A stretch of 64,000 nt of DNA from Cyanophora paradoxa CCMP329 (GCA_004431415.1 QPMI01000015.1:372001-436000); one strand, 5' to 3'. Counted from the stretch's first letter, positions 37,284 through 49,623 are shown. Made by a program: numbers and translations. Notes: generated by a model from the sequence alone, not told the origin.

Positions 37284-37780
37284 CTAGCTGCGAGGGCGGC
37301 AGGGGCCCCTCGCCCTCGAGCTCCGGATCCCCGACGATTCCCCGTGCACCTCGCCTCCAGCCCCACCCCCTCCGCCCCCTCCTCCGGTGCCGCCAGCCCC
37401 GCCCCGCCCCGCACCCCCCAGCCGCCCTCCCGCTCCGGCGCCGAGACCCCCGCCCCCACCCCCGTCGAGAAAGCGAGACCCCGGCCCCTCTACCCCTCCC
37501 TCTTCCCCCCCCTGACACGCCCCCGGGGGGTACAGGTGGTGGCGGACGTGCTGGAGTCGCTTCTGGTGGCCCTCGAGCTCGCGGGGGTGGCGGGCCCCGC
37601 CGCCCCCGCCGCCCCCGCCGCCCCGCCGGCACTCCGAGGCTCGCCCGGGCCCGCCGCCTGGCGGACGAGGCGCGGGAGAGGGTGCAGGGCCGGGGGCCCT
37701 GCGGCCCGCCCTACCCGCCCCCGGCGACGTCGACCCCGCCACAGACGCCGTCCTCGCCTACGGCCCCTCCGTCCACCCCT
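37284..37780 (+). pseudogene. Degenerate second copy of the 27.6-28.1 kb gene fragment
   Basis: Collinear similarity (ggcaggggcccctcgccctc..cctgacacgcc..gggggtacaggtggt.gcggacgtgctgga..) with indels that break the frame. Confidence 0.65.
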
Positions 37781-38245
37781 TTAATTTTCATCTAGATTTC
37801 TTGCCTCATCCATCCTCCTTTGTTCTGACGCCGGCTCGCTCGAGCGCAGGTCGCCGGTGTGAGCGTGGCGGGCCTGCTGGCGGCGGTGGAGCCGGCCTGC
37901 GGGGACCCCGCGGCGCCCCTCTTCCGCGCCCCGCCGTCCTTCCCCCGCAGGGAGGACGGGGCCCCAGCGGCCGGCGCGCCCCTCGTCCCCGCCCCGCCCC
38001 GGCCCGGCCCCGGGCGCCCCCGCCGCCTCCGCCTTCCGGCCTTTGAGGCCCACCCTCCCCAGCAAGCGCGGGAAGCAATACTAATATACAAACTCGCGAT
38101 CGCAAATGCCTATATATGTTACCAATTGCGAGTGCACAATTGCAAGTGCTAGCTCGAAACAGCTTAATTATAAATATTAATCGGAATCGTATCCGTCGTC
38201 GTAGCCGTATAAATCGGAATCGTAGTCGTCCTCGTAGTCTTAGTC

Positions 38246-41200
38246 TTAGTCGTCCTCGTCCTCGTCCTCGGAATCGTACTCGGAATCGTACTCGTCCTCT
38301 GAATCGTAGTCGTAGCTATAGTCGTCCTCGTAGTCGTCGTATCCGTATCCGTAGTCGTACCGACCCTGCCTCCGCCGGCCCCCGTACGGCTGATAGTCCG
38401 TCGTCACCCGGTTCTGAAGGACGCCGTGCAGCAGCGCCCCGATTCTCTCCTGTCCCGCTGTAGCCTTGTCCACGTCTGGGAAGCTTGCCCGCCCGCGCAT
38501 CTGGTGCCTGCGCATGCCGCCCACGCACTTCAATCTTGATCTAGATCTGAAATTTCTATTTAAATGAAAGAGGACTCGGGAGAGATAACAAGCTTTTAAG
38601 GCGCCAGTGTGCATGCGTGCGTACGCAAGCCAGAGGTACAGTTGGATGGCCGATATTTTCTCTGCAAGCGGCTCGCAAAATTTAAAAAAAGTAGTTTAAC
38701 ACGTGCGCGTGGTAAATTAAAAAACGGCAGAACGCACCCTCTACGGTCTCGATGTCCTCTTGGCTGTGGGACCCGCCGGCGTTCTGCGCCAGATAAATAC
38801 TCTCCATGTGGAGCTCGGATGGAAGGCGAATGTGTTGAATTCCACTCCCCAGATCCAACGCCACTCGCTCCTGCATACACATTACATTTAATTTCGTTTT
38901 CACAATTGCAGTTTGATCGATCAGAATTCGAATTTGGCTTGCGCTTCGCGCACGAGTAAGCGCTGACTTGCTGTCACTTTGCGGTCGTGGAGCCGCGCCG
39001 GCGACGTGCAGAGCGTGTAGCGGTCGCGCAGGCTCAGCTGGGGTCCCGCCCGTTTGGAGTCGCGATCCACGATCCATGCGACTCGCTGCGATCTTGAATT
39101 ATTTATGGCGCCGGCATGCGCAGGGACATTGTTGCGCAGGCATATATATACGTTGCAATACGTTGCAATACGAAGCCGGGGTCGAGTACGAGCGAGCTAG
39201 ATAGCTTTATTTCCGGGACAGCTTTTATTATAACGCGCGCACGAGCATGTCCTTAATGTCCCGAAGAAAGTAGAGGTTTTCCATGCAATCAGTGTCGCCG
39301 TCGTCGACGACGTCCGCAAACGCCTTCTGCGAAGCCACGAGATTGCATAGTCATATTAGGAATGGGCCACGAGATTGCATATGCATATTATATTATCGGC
39401 GTTCGAATTCCGAAGTTCCATGGCCATTAATATTTGCCGAGAATCAAACTTGAAAGATGCGCTCGAACCAAAATGGAATACAGAGAGGTGCCGGGTTCCA
39501 TCGCGTCCGCAAACATTTGCACGCGGTCGAAGGAGGGGAAGAGACCCGCCGCCTGTCATGCGCGTGATCGTTAATCCCAATATTAATCACAAAAAGCGAT
39601 TCGCATGGTGCATAACAACTTGGAGTGAATCTTAGTCTGAATTTCGGCACCTTCACGTTCGGAGTGGGCGCCTGGAGCTTGTCTCGCACGCTGTCGAGAT
39701 CGTACGGGTCCAGCGCCGACACGAACCCCGCGCTGAAGCGGCCGCCAAAGCGGCCCGCGCGCCCCGCGATCTGCTTCACCTCCAGCGCCGTGAGGGGGCG
39801 CGTCTCTTTGCCGTCGAACTTCTCCACCTCCGAGAACACGACGCGCCCAATTTTCCTGCATGTGCGTGAGATAAGAATAAGTAAATTTATAGAAGGTGGA
39901 GAAGCGGACAGATTGAGGCCCATGCCGATCGCGTCGGTGGCGACGAGAATGGCGCGGATCCCGCAGCCGGAATCTGAGTGCCGGTTGAACAGCTTCGCCT
40001 GCTCCACGCGCTGCGAATTCGAGTTGACGTTGGAAATGTTTCAGATAGTCGATGTTCTTGCAATTGATCGACATATATATGCATCAATGTCAATTTTCCG
40101 CGCACCGTTTCGGGTGGTAGACCTCCGTAGACAACGCAGCACTTGAAGCGGGTCGAAGACTCGATCTGCCGCTTGACGTTGTACACCTCCTTCCGCGAAA
40201 ACGCTGCCCCGCATCAAATCGTAATTTATAAGAAATTAAAAGCAGGGCAGAGAAGACAAGAAGTGCGCTCGGACCGACAACGCAGTCGCCAGGCCTGACG
40301 GAGCTCCAAGAAGAGACGGGCGTCGACTCGCAGCGAAGCTCGAGGTGTCGGCTGTAGTGGAGCACTTTAATCTTGTCGCCCTGCAGCGCGCACAGCCGAT
40401 GGATCAGATCCTCTGCGCAGGGGCTCCCGCAGACGTGCACGGCGGGGGCCAGAAGCCCCTGCAGGGCTCGCGTCCACGCGTCGCCGCGGGACGGGTCGCC
40501 GATCATCTGGATCTGGCAAACGAGAGTTCAGAACTTCAGCATCATAAATGCAGCAAATATGAATATTATTAATTCATTCAGCATACGCTAGGGCATGCGC
40601 ATGCGTACCTCATCGATGACGGCCAAATCGTACAGATTCTCCGTGCTCGCCATCTCGATGGTGCACGACACCTGCGCGTGCGCGCGTGAATGAAGATTCG
40701 CGCTTTATTATATAAGAATAATTAACCAGTCCCGCTATGTGGTTAATGTTACAGATGCAGAGATGCACTCACGTGGGAGCCGAGCTCGCTTTCGCCATCA
40801 AGGTCGCCGTTCTTTCGAGCCTCGGCGCGCGACGGCGCCATCTTCCAGCCCAAGCTCTCTTGGCCCCTGCGAGCGGAAAAGAATGCTCGAATCGATATTG
40901 AGTGAAGGATCACGCAAGCATCGAATTCATGATCATGCACGTGAGGAGGTCGCATTTGACACCGCGTTCATTGAGCGTCTCGTATATCTGCAAGCACGAT
41001 AAAATATTTTTACAAAGAGTTGCAATTGAGCGCGAGGATGCTGCAATTCGCGAGGGCTGGGAATACCTCGCGGGCGAGTAGGCGCAGCGGGGCGCAGTAG
41101 ATGCCGGTCGGGGCGGCGGCGAGGGCCTGCAGTGCCGCGTGCGTCTTCCCACTGTTCGTCTCCCTGTGGCAAAGCAAAGCGAAATCCGAAACTGGTCATT

Positions 41201-43924
41201 CATAATAAGCTCCACAAAGAATGAATCCAGAAAGCACCCTGAGTGAAAGGTGACGGTCCGTTTCATTGCGCGCGCTGCAGGATACCAAGTGTGTGGCTGT
41301 TCATACGCATAATATTAATATGAGAATTCAGTAGAAATTCAATAGAATTCAGCCCCCACCAGCACATGCGCACCTTGCGCAGGTCGGTCGCGTCCTCCTC
41401 CAGCATCCTCCGCCGGACCTCCTCCGCCCCCGCGGCCGCCCGCGCGGACTCTTCCTCGGCGACGAGGCGCGCGAACTCGGCGAAGACGGGGAGCAGCAGG
41501 CGGCAGGCCTCGCGGCGGCCCTTCGGGTTCACCGGGAGCTCCTTCAGGGCCCCCGCCAGCAGGCGCGGCGTCCCCTCAATCCGCTCGCTGTGTCCGGTTC
41601 AGAGCAATGAAAAACAGTTATCCGATCCATTGCAGTTATCCGAAAACAACGAACTTGGGAATATAGTGGCGCGCAAATTTGAGTTTGTTCTGAAAAAATA
41701 TGATGTCATCAGAATTCTTCGACTTTATCCACTGTCGCACAGCGATCAAGCAAGTACGCATACCTTGGCATATTCTGTGAAGTGTTCATGGAAAGATGTC
41801 GATGAGGCCTGCTCTACATCAATGCACTGTTTGAAGAAGCTGTAAAATCCCTCAGATGCCTGCGGATTCTCTCAAGTCAATCGGCAATCGATTGCTATTT
41901 CAGCCCGGCAATTTGATAATTCGAACCTCGGCAAATTGCATCTCGCCGATCCGCTTTTCCTCGAAGGCGAGCCTTTTTGCGGTGACTCCCCCGCGGCAGA
42001 GGAAGGCCGCCCAGTCCAGAGCGCCGTATACGTACGTCGGGCTTTCGCGCCGCCGCTTTGAATTCGAGTTTAAATTTCCAGCGTGCTCTCTGCAAATTTG
42101 CGATCAAGAATGACGTAATCAACAGAGCAAGACATTCATTTGCGCTGAGAGTTTCTTAAACTTAGATGAATGAAATCTGGACGGACGGATCCGGATCCGG
42201 AGGTACGCTTTCTGAAGCCGAAGGCGCCGGCGGGGTAGCGGGGGCTTGCGCTTGGAGTTTCCGAGTGCTTCCGCTGCGAGAAGTATAAATTACGATATTT
42301 ATAATCACCAGGATTCTGATGATCGTCTTTTATTCAATTAAATTAAATGAATCATGATCGGTTTGAGTTCCATCGTTCCGTTCGTTCGATTATAATTATA
42401 GATAATTATATTGCACCTCTTCTTGCGATCGGCGTTGATCTCCTCGCGAATCGTCTTCATGAGGTTGGGGTCGGGCTTGATGCGCTGCCTGACGGCGTTC
42501 TTGAACGCTTCCGTCTCGCTCGCTTTTCCGATGGGGAGCCCCGCCGCCTTGACAGCGATGCCGAGAAGCTTCCGCTTGTCGCGCGGCCAGACGTCGTTTA
42601 CTATCTCCAGATAGGCTTGGTCGTCGCTGGAGCTCTTCGCGATCGAGCGCAGTGCGGCGGCAACGCTGGACCGCAGGAGCAGGCTGTAGTCACCCTTGTC
42701 GCCGCCGTCGACGTGCGCCCGCCGGAGCGACTCGAACTGGCTGAGCTCGAGGTCGAGGCCGAGTTTGCGAAGCTCGACGTCTGCGACGGTGTTGTAGCGG
42801 AAGCAGAAGCTGCAGGCCCGGACGAGGAGGCCCCAGCGGGTGCGCAGCTCCCTCGCCCGCATCGCCCCGCAGCCGCCGCAGGGCCCTGGGAACGCCAGCT
42901 CCACCAGACGGCGTGGATTGTCGCGGCTGTTCACGCCCGCCTCCTCCGCCTCGTCCAGGACGGCATCTGGCAGCGCCAAGAACGCGCGCCGCCACAGCTC
43001 GTCGGTGGCCGCGAACTCCGTCGTCAGCATGAGGCGGAACCAGCTGTCGACGCGGGACAGGGAGACCAGAGACTGCGGGTCCTCCGCCACGCGGCTGAGG
43101 ATGTTCATGAGGGCCCGCGAAAACGAAGGCCAGGGGCCAGCATCGCAAGCACGCTGCAGCTGGCAGAAGGGGTTGGTCTTAGGCTGCCGAGAACTTGAGC
43201 CCGGGCCTGCCAGCGATGCCATAATCATGAGAACTATTCTCATAATAATCTGAGGGCTTTGATGAATTTCGAGCGCACCCCTTTTGGTCTGCTCTCGACC
43301 GGCGCACGGCTGGGCAGCAGCCTCGGATTTGTGCGTCGATCGCGAAGATCTAGAGCGCTCGCCCTCCGAATCCGAACATTCATTTCTCGAATTCGCTGAA
43401 GTCGCTCGCGATGCCTTCCGCTTCGAAGCGTGTGGGCCTGCAGCTGCGCGAAATCCAAGCACACTGTGACAAGGAGCTCTCGACGTCAGAGCCTGATCAT
43501 GATCATGATCATGAGAGCGCGCTGCGGGCGGAGGTCGATATCGATCAAGGAGCTATTGCAAGTCATGATCAGCAGGCATTAACTATTTATATACCGGCAT
43601 TGTCTCGGAGCTCGGCGCTCGGCGCTCGGCTCCGTTTCGACCCCGCTGTCAAATTCTGGGCGGTTTCGAATTCGTGCACGTGCGCCGGCGCCGCGACCTC
43701 GTGCCGCCCACTCTCGTGCCGCGGCCGTACGCGTGCTTGCGGCGGGAAACTCGAGCTCGAAGCCGGATGCGCATCTGCGCGCGACCTCGCGGTAAATTCG
43801 AATGACCGGTCACATTCGAATTCTCCCACGCCGCGCCTCCGCCGCGCGCGCACGCACCGGACTCGAGCTCGCTGTCGTCATTCTCGACCTCGGCGACACG
43901 CCGGGCGTGCGAACGCGTCTGCAT
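38246..43924 (-). CDS. SUV3: SUV3 (SUPV3L1)-family SF2 helicase with an apparent N-terminal F-box-like + CxxC..CxxC module and an acidic Tyr/Asp-rich tail
   Basis: Helicase part: DLRK|[46 protein letters not shown]|[72 protein letters not shown]. The F-box exon joins in frame through five GT-AG introns. SUV3 identity is high confidence; the fusion is moderate. Confidence 0.85.
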
Positions 43925-44026
43925 CTCGCCCTCCGCACTGCAGCGCCGCTTCGCTCGCGGGGCGGCTGTACCGGTACCCCTCTTCGGTTCTAATTATTTT
44001 CCCCCTCGATTCCCCGCCAAGTTCCC

Positions 44027-44124
44027 GGCCGGCTTGGACAGCGTGAACGTACATGAGTCTGCGTGACAGACAATCCGACGGGTAGCAATTAGGGGGGAAA
44101 AGAAGCTGACCCCCCCTTGCAATT
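44027..44124 (+). repeat. Dispersed repeat copy B with terminal stem-loop
   Basis: Same blocks as 37103-37178, with an internal insertion. Confidence 0.7.
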
Positions 44125-44163
44125 TTTTGGTGTTACCGGCCACAGTCTCGAGACGGGGGCATA
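44122..44163 (-). mobile_element. Short remnant of the retroposon 3' end
   Basis: Reverse complement reads tatgcccccgtctcgagactgtggccggtaacacc-A6, matching the family terminus. Confidence 0.55.
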
Positions 44164-44320
44164 TTTCATAGTATAGCGAACTCGGAAAGGTACTACGGTA
44201 CAGCAGAAGCAATAAACTAAGACAAGAGCGGCGAACTAGATCAAGCGATACTGTGATACGTGTCATTTTTCATCCGATGCTGAACTGGCGGCCGGGCCGG
44301 GCCCGGCCCTCATATGCATG

Positions 44321-47300
44321 TCAGGGGTCGGTGAAGAGGGCGGCCTCGGTGACGGCGGCGTCCCCCGCGAGGCCCCAGCCGGCCCCGTTCAGCGTCCGCG
44401 GCTCCCGCCGCTCCGCCTGCGCCGCGCGACGCGACGGCGTTAGAGCGAGCGGGGGCGGCTGCAGAAGTTTGGGGGGTGGGCCTAGGGGCCGGGGCGGCGC
44501 TATTGCAGCAGCGCCTCAAAGCGCCCAAGCGCTCTAGCATCGAAGCGCTCTGAAAGCAGGACTCGGAGACGCGAAATTAGATCTAGAGCCCCCGAAAAGC
44601 TTCCTTCGAGCGGGGCGCGCCATCGCGAGGAAGTGGTCCCAAGTCTCGTCCTCCAGCTCCGGCCGCTGGCCCCTGCCCCCGCCCAGCGTTCAATCTGAGC
44701 TTCAGGCTAGGGGCGCTGCGGCTGCAGCTGGCGGCGCAGCTCCGGGCCGGGCGGGGCGGGGCGGGGCGGGGCGGGGCGCGTGGGCGCACAGGGGGCGCTC
44801 GTGGTAGATGTGGAAGATCCCGTAGGGTGCCCTGTGCAATTGCAATCGCTGTAAAAATCCCGCGCAAGGGCGGCAGGCCGCTGAGGCTCGCGCGCGCCCG
44901 CGCCGGGGCGCACCGGAGGGGCACGTAGGAGAGGTTGTGGGCGATGCAGAGGGCCGTGAACCAGCTGTCCACGTGCCGGTACGTCGGCGACTCCGGGTTC
45001 CTGCGCCGAGGTCGCCGGGGTCGTCGGGCCCCGAATTAGAGGCCTGGGGGAGGCGGGGCCGGGGCGGGGCGGGGCGGGGCGTGGAGGGGCCTTGGAAGAA
45101 GGCTTAGGCGAGTGCGGGGCGCGGCGGGGCGGGACGGAGGCGCGGCGGGGCGGGACGGATGGCGGTGCGGGGCGGCGCACGCGCGGGCACGGTGCCAGTG
45201 GGTGCGGTGCATGATGTGCAGGTCCCCGGGGTCTGCGCGACGAGTTCGAAGCCCAAGGCCGCTCAGCGAAGGCGCAGGCGAATCGAATTCGAAGTCGAGG
45301 AGGAGGCGACTTTAAGCAGAGCTTGAGCCCAGCGGGTTAAACAAGCTCAAAAGCTTAAAAGCTTAAACGTTGTTGAGAGCTCAAACTTGGAACTCGGAGC
45401 TCGGGACGGGGCGGCGGCGCACTGTCGAGGAGGGAGTCTGTGAGGCGGGCGAGGGGCGTCCCCGCGAGGTCCGGGGCCCGTCGGCCGGCGGCGGCGGCGG
45501 CGGCGTCCTCGCCGTACGAGGCGGCGGCGAGGCGCGAGGGGATGACGAGCCCCGCCGCCCCGTGCGCCGCGAGCGAGGCGAGGGCCCGGCCGTAGGGCGC
45601 GAAGGGCGGCACGCGGGCCTGCACGTCGTACCGCCGCGCCTGGTAGAAGGCGCCCGGGCGCAACAGCCGCCTCGCCAGGATCGCGCCCAGCCCGTCGCAG
45701 AACAGCACGTCCTGCACACGTACCCCCGGATCGGACGCGGGGGAGCGGGGGCTTGCGAGGCATGGGAGGGGTACCTGATTCATGAAGAGGATGAACTCTC
45801 CGCGGGCGCGCCGCACCCCGACGTTCTGAAGAGGGGGGTAGGGCTCAGCGAAGAAAAGAAGGGCACGCGGGAGGGGTACGCGCGCGCCAGGGCGATGCGG
45901 TCGAACATGGGGATGCGCTCTGAGTTGGGGATGCGGCGGTGCGTCTCGGGGGGTACGAGGATGTGCCGGACGGGAACGGGCGGGGCCCCGCCGGGGGCGC
46001 CGCCCCAGGGGTACACGAGGGCGTGGGGGAGGGCGGGCCGGTCGGGGGGCGGATTCCACTCCACGAAGACGATCTCGGCGGAGAGGCGCCAGCGCGCCGC
46101 GAAAATCAGCAGCGTGCGCACCACCAGCTGCAGCCTGCGCGGAGCCGCGCATCAGGCGACGAGAACGGAGCGGCGGGGCGGGGGTACAGGGGCGGCAGGC
46201 ACCGGTCGGCGAGGCCGCCGCCGTAGTCGTCGTTGCGGGAGGCGAGGACGAAGGAGAGGTAGGGCGGGGGCACCGCCGGGTCCGGAGCCGAGGCCATGGG
46301 GGCCGCGAGCGGCGGTGCCTCCGGGTGGGCCCGCCCCGTGGGGAACTCCGGCGAGGTCGTGTCGGGCCCGCGGTCGCGCCGGGGTGGGGCGTCGGGCGGG
46401 GCGCCCGACGAGGGGACGGGCGGGCGGGCGAGCGGGGGGAAGGAGAGGGGGCCCGCAGGTGCGAGGAGGTGGGGAACGTGAGGGAGGAGGGCCGGGCGGG
46501 GGCCCGGGGCCTGGACCCGAGCGAGGAGCGGGGCGCGCAGGTGCGCCGAGTGGCGGCCGGGCTGCAGGGCCCGCGCTGGGGCCGGGCGGCCCGGAGGGGG
46601 CGGGCCGTAGCCGAGGGCGGCGGCGTCGCGGAGCCAGAGGCGGAAGGCGGGCCGGCGCCGGCGCCCCAGAGCCCTCGCCCTCCATGGCCTCGCCCAGGGC
46701 CCCCAGGGGGCCGGCCCGCCGCAGGCCCGGGGGCGGCCAGCGCGCGAGGAACGACGCCGCGCGGGAGAGGAGCGCGGCGAGGGGCGGCGAGGGGCGGGGC
46801 GGCGGGGGCGGCGGGGCGCGCGTCGACGCAGAGGCGGGCGTCGGGGGCCGCCTCCCAAAGGGCGCGGCGGAGGAGGAGGGCGCGGAGGGCGTCCGGGGCG
46901 GCGGGGTCGGACGCGAGGGCGGCGGCGGCGGGGGCGGGAAGAGGGCCCAGAGGAGGGGCCGGAGGACGGCGGAGGGGGCCGGGAAGGGCGAGAGGGGCTC
47001 CGGGGTCAGGGCGAGGGGCGGGCCGTCCTCGGGGGGGTACGGCGAGGAGGCGCGGAGGAGGCAGAGGGCGGGGGCGGGCCCGAGGAGGAGGGGCGGGACG
47101 CGCAGCGGCGGGCGGCGCGCGTAGCGGAGCTCGAGCGGGTCGTGGGCCGCGGGGTCGAACGAGGCCGGGGCTGGGCCGAGGTGGAACATGGGGCGCGCCT
47201 CGTGGGCGGCCGCCGGGGGTGGGCGGCGGGGCGGAGGCCACCGCTGAGGCGTTGCGGGAGAGGGCGGCGAGGGCGGCGGCGGCGGCGGCGCAGGGCGGGG

Positions 47301-49623
47301 CGGGCGGCCGGGGCGCAGAGGGCGCGGAGCGAGGGAAGCGCGCGGCGAGCGCCGCGGCTTCGGAGGGGCCCAGGCGCTGGCAGGGCGAGTCCGGGTCGGG
47401 GGAAGGAGGGGGCGGAAGGGTCCGCAGAGGCGGCGACGGCGGCGGGGAAGGAGGCAGGGTCCACGAGGAGGGTACGCCAGCCTGCGGGCGCGTCAGGCAG
47501 AGGGGAGCGCGCGGGGGGGTACAGGACCGCACCGTCGGAGCCGGAGCCGGAGCCCTCGCCCCCTTCCTCGCCTGGGCCGGCGAGGACGATGCGCCAGGGC
47601 GCCGGCTCGCCGGGCGGGGGCGGGGGGGGCGGGGCGGGGGGCGGGAAGTACGAGGCGGAGGGGGCGTGCCCGGTCCGCGTGAGGAGGCCGGAGACGTTGA
47701 CGTAGACGGGGAGGGCGGCGCCAGCGCCGGGGGGCGCCTCGCAGGCCGCCGCACGGTGCGGCTCGGCCACGCGCGCCGCGGCGCACTCGGCGGGGCCGAC
47801 GTACAGGCGGAGGGGCGTCCCCGCGGGGCCCAAGTTGGCGCCCCGCACCGTCACCGGCCCGCCCCCCGCCGGGATCGGATCGACGGACTCCACTGTCGGC
47901 GCTGCGGCGGGCGGGCGGGCGGGCGGGTGGGCGGCGGGCCACGGTCAAAGGGAAGGCGGGGCGGGCGCACGGGAGAAGGTGAAGGGGGCGGGGGCGCTCG
48001 TCAGGGCGCCCAGGGACACGGTGAGGGGCAGGCCGGCGCCGGCCCCGGGGGGCAGCCAGCACTCCAGCCAGTAGTCCGGGAACCGCACTAGCGGCCGCCG
48101 GCACCGCGCGCCGCCCACCTGCCGAGCGGGTGGTTTGTGAGGGGGCACGGGGTGGGAAGGGAGTACAGGCGGCCGGACCGTGACGCGGAGGCTGGCCTCG
48201 TCTTCGTCTACCCCTTCCCGCCCTTCCGGACCGAAGCCTGCTCCGAAAGTCGGGGGTACGGCGAACCTCTGGGGTGGAGGGGTACGGCCGCACCGGAGCC
48301 GACCACCAGGAGCGACCCGCCCTCCGTCGGCGTGTGCGAGACGGAAGCCACCCGCGGCTGGTCTGCGAAGGGTACGATCAGGGGCCGGAGTAGGGGAAAG
48401 GATCGGCAAAGGGTACCGGTCACGGCGGCGACGAGGAGCGATAGGGACGCGTTGATGGGCCGCTCCGTCGGATTGAAGAGCACCTGCCGGACCGTGAGAC
48501 GGGGGTACCGGAACGGGCGGGGCTGGGACGGGTACGAGGGCGGCCCGTCCGCCGTCGGCGTCGGCGCCGACGCGGCGGAAGGGTACGCTGCCGTTCGCTT
48601 GGCCGCTCGGGTCGGGCAGCGAGTGCGACGCTGCGCGGCGGTCGGCGCGGGCAGGGGGGAGAAGGCGCGGGGAAGGTACGCGTACAGAAGTACGGGAGGC
48701 CCTCGGCGAGCTCGAGGGGGGAGGAGACGGGGTACGCGACGCGCTCGAGGAGCTCGTCGGGTACGAGAAGCGCCGCGACGGCGCCGCCGTCCGCTGCGGC
48801 ATCCGTTGGGAGGGCGGAGGCCGAGGGCAAAGAGGCGGCGCCCCGACGGGGAAGGGGCACCGACGGAGAAGGAGTAGGCGGCGCGGCAGGGGCACGGCCC
48901 CGGGAAACGGACGGCGGCGCCGGAGAGGGGCGGGATCACCCACGAGCCGCCGACTGCGTTCGCTCGCGTGGGCGGCGGGCGCGGGCCCGGCGGCGCCCTC
49001 GGGGCCGGCCGGGCGCACCGGAGGAGTGGACGCGGGCGCCGACGGTGACGACGTTGTCGATGTGCGCGATGTTCCTCACGACGAGGTGCACGCGCCGGCC
49101 CTCGGGGCACCCCGCGCAGGGCGCCAGCCGGCGGTAGTTCTCCCCGCCCTCCGCCCGCTCCAGCGGCGGCGGCGCCTCGCCCGCGCCCGCGTCCGCGCCC
49201 CGCAGCAGCGCCGCGTACGATTCGTCGCTGTGCAGCGCCACCTCGACGTACGTCCTGCGCGGCGCGCGTGGGCGTGCGCGCGGGCGGCGGCCGGCGGGAC
49301 GCGCTAGCGCTAGCGCCGCGCGCGCGCCGCACTTGGAGAGAACGAGGTGGCTGATGGCACACGGGCAGGGCCCTGCGGGCGGGCGGCTCGAGTTTAGCTC
49401 GAGGGCCGCGCGAGGCGCCCCGCAATGCGCGCGCGCCTTCGCTGTGTATCACGACGAAGGAGCCCGAGGGGAGGATGATGTGCTCCGTCGGCTGGTAGCC
49501 CGTCGCTTCCCGCTCCGCGACCGGCGGCCCGCCGCGCGGGGCGCCCTGGGCCGCCGCCACGCACGAAGCGACGGCGAGCGCGAGCAGCAGGAGAGGCGGG
49601 CGCCGTCCCTCAGCGCTGCGCAT
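44321..49623 (-). CDS. Secretory-pathway protein: signal peptide, IPT/TIG repeats and a C-terminal GT-A (GT2-like) glycosyltransferase domain
   Basis: MRSAEGRRPPLLLLALAVASCVAAAQG. IPT-like segments VASVSHTPTEGGSLLVVG, GGPVTVRGANLG..CEAPPGAGAALPV. C-terminal YLSFVLASRNDDYGG, IVFVEWNPP, NVGVRRARGEFILFMNQ|DVLF, YQARRYDV, GDLHIMHR..W, NGAGWGL. Several apparent frameshifts in G/C runs. Confidence 0.7.
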
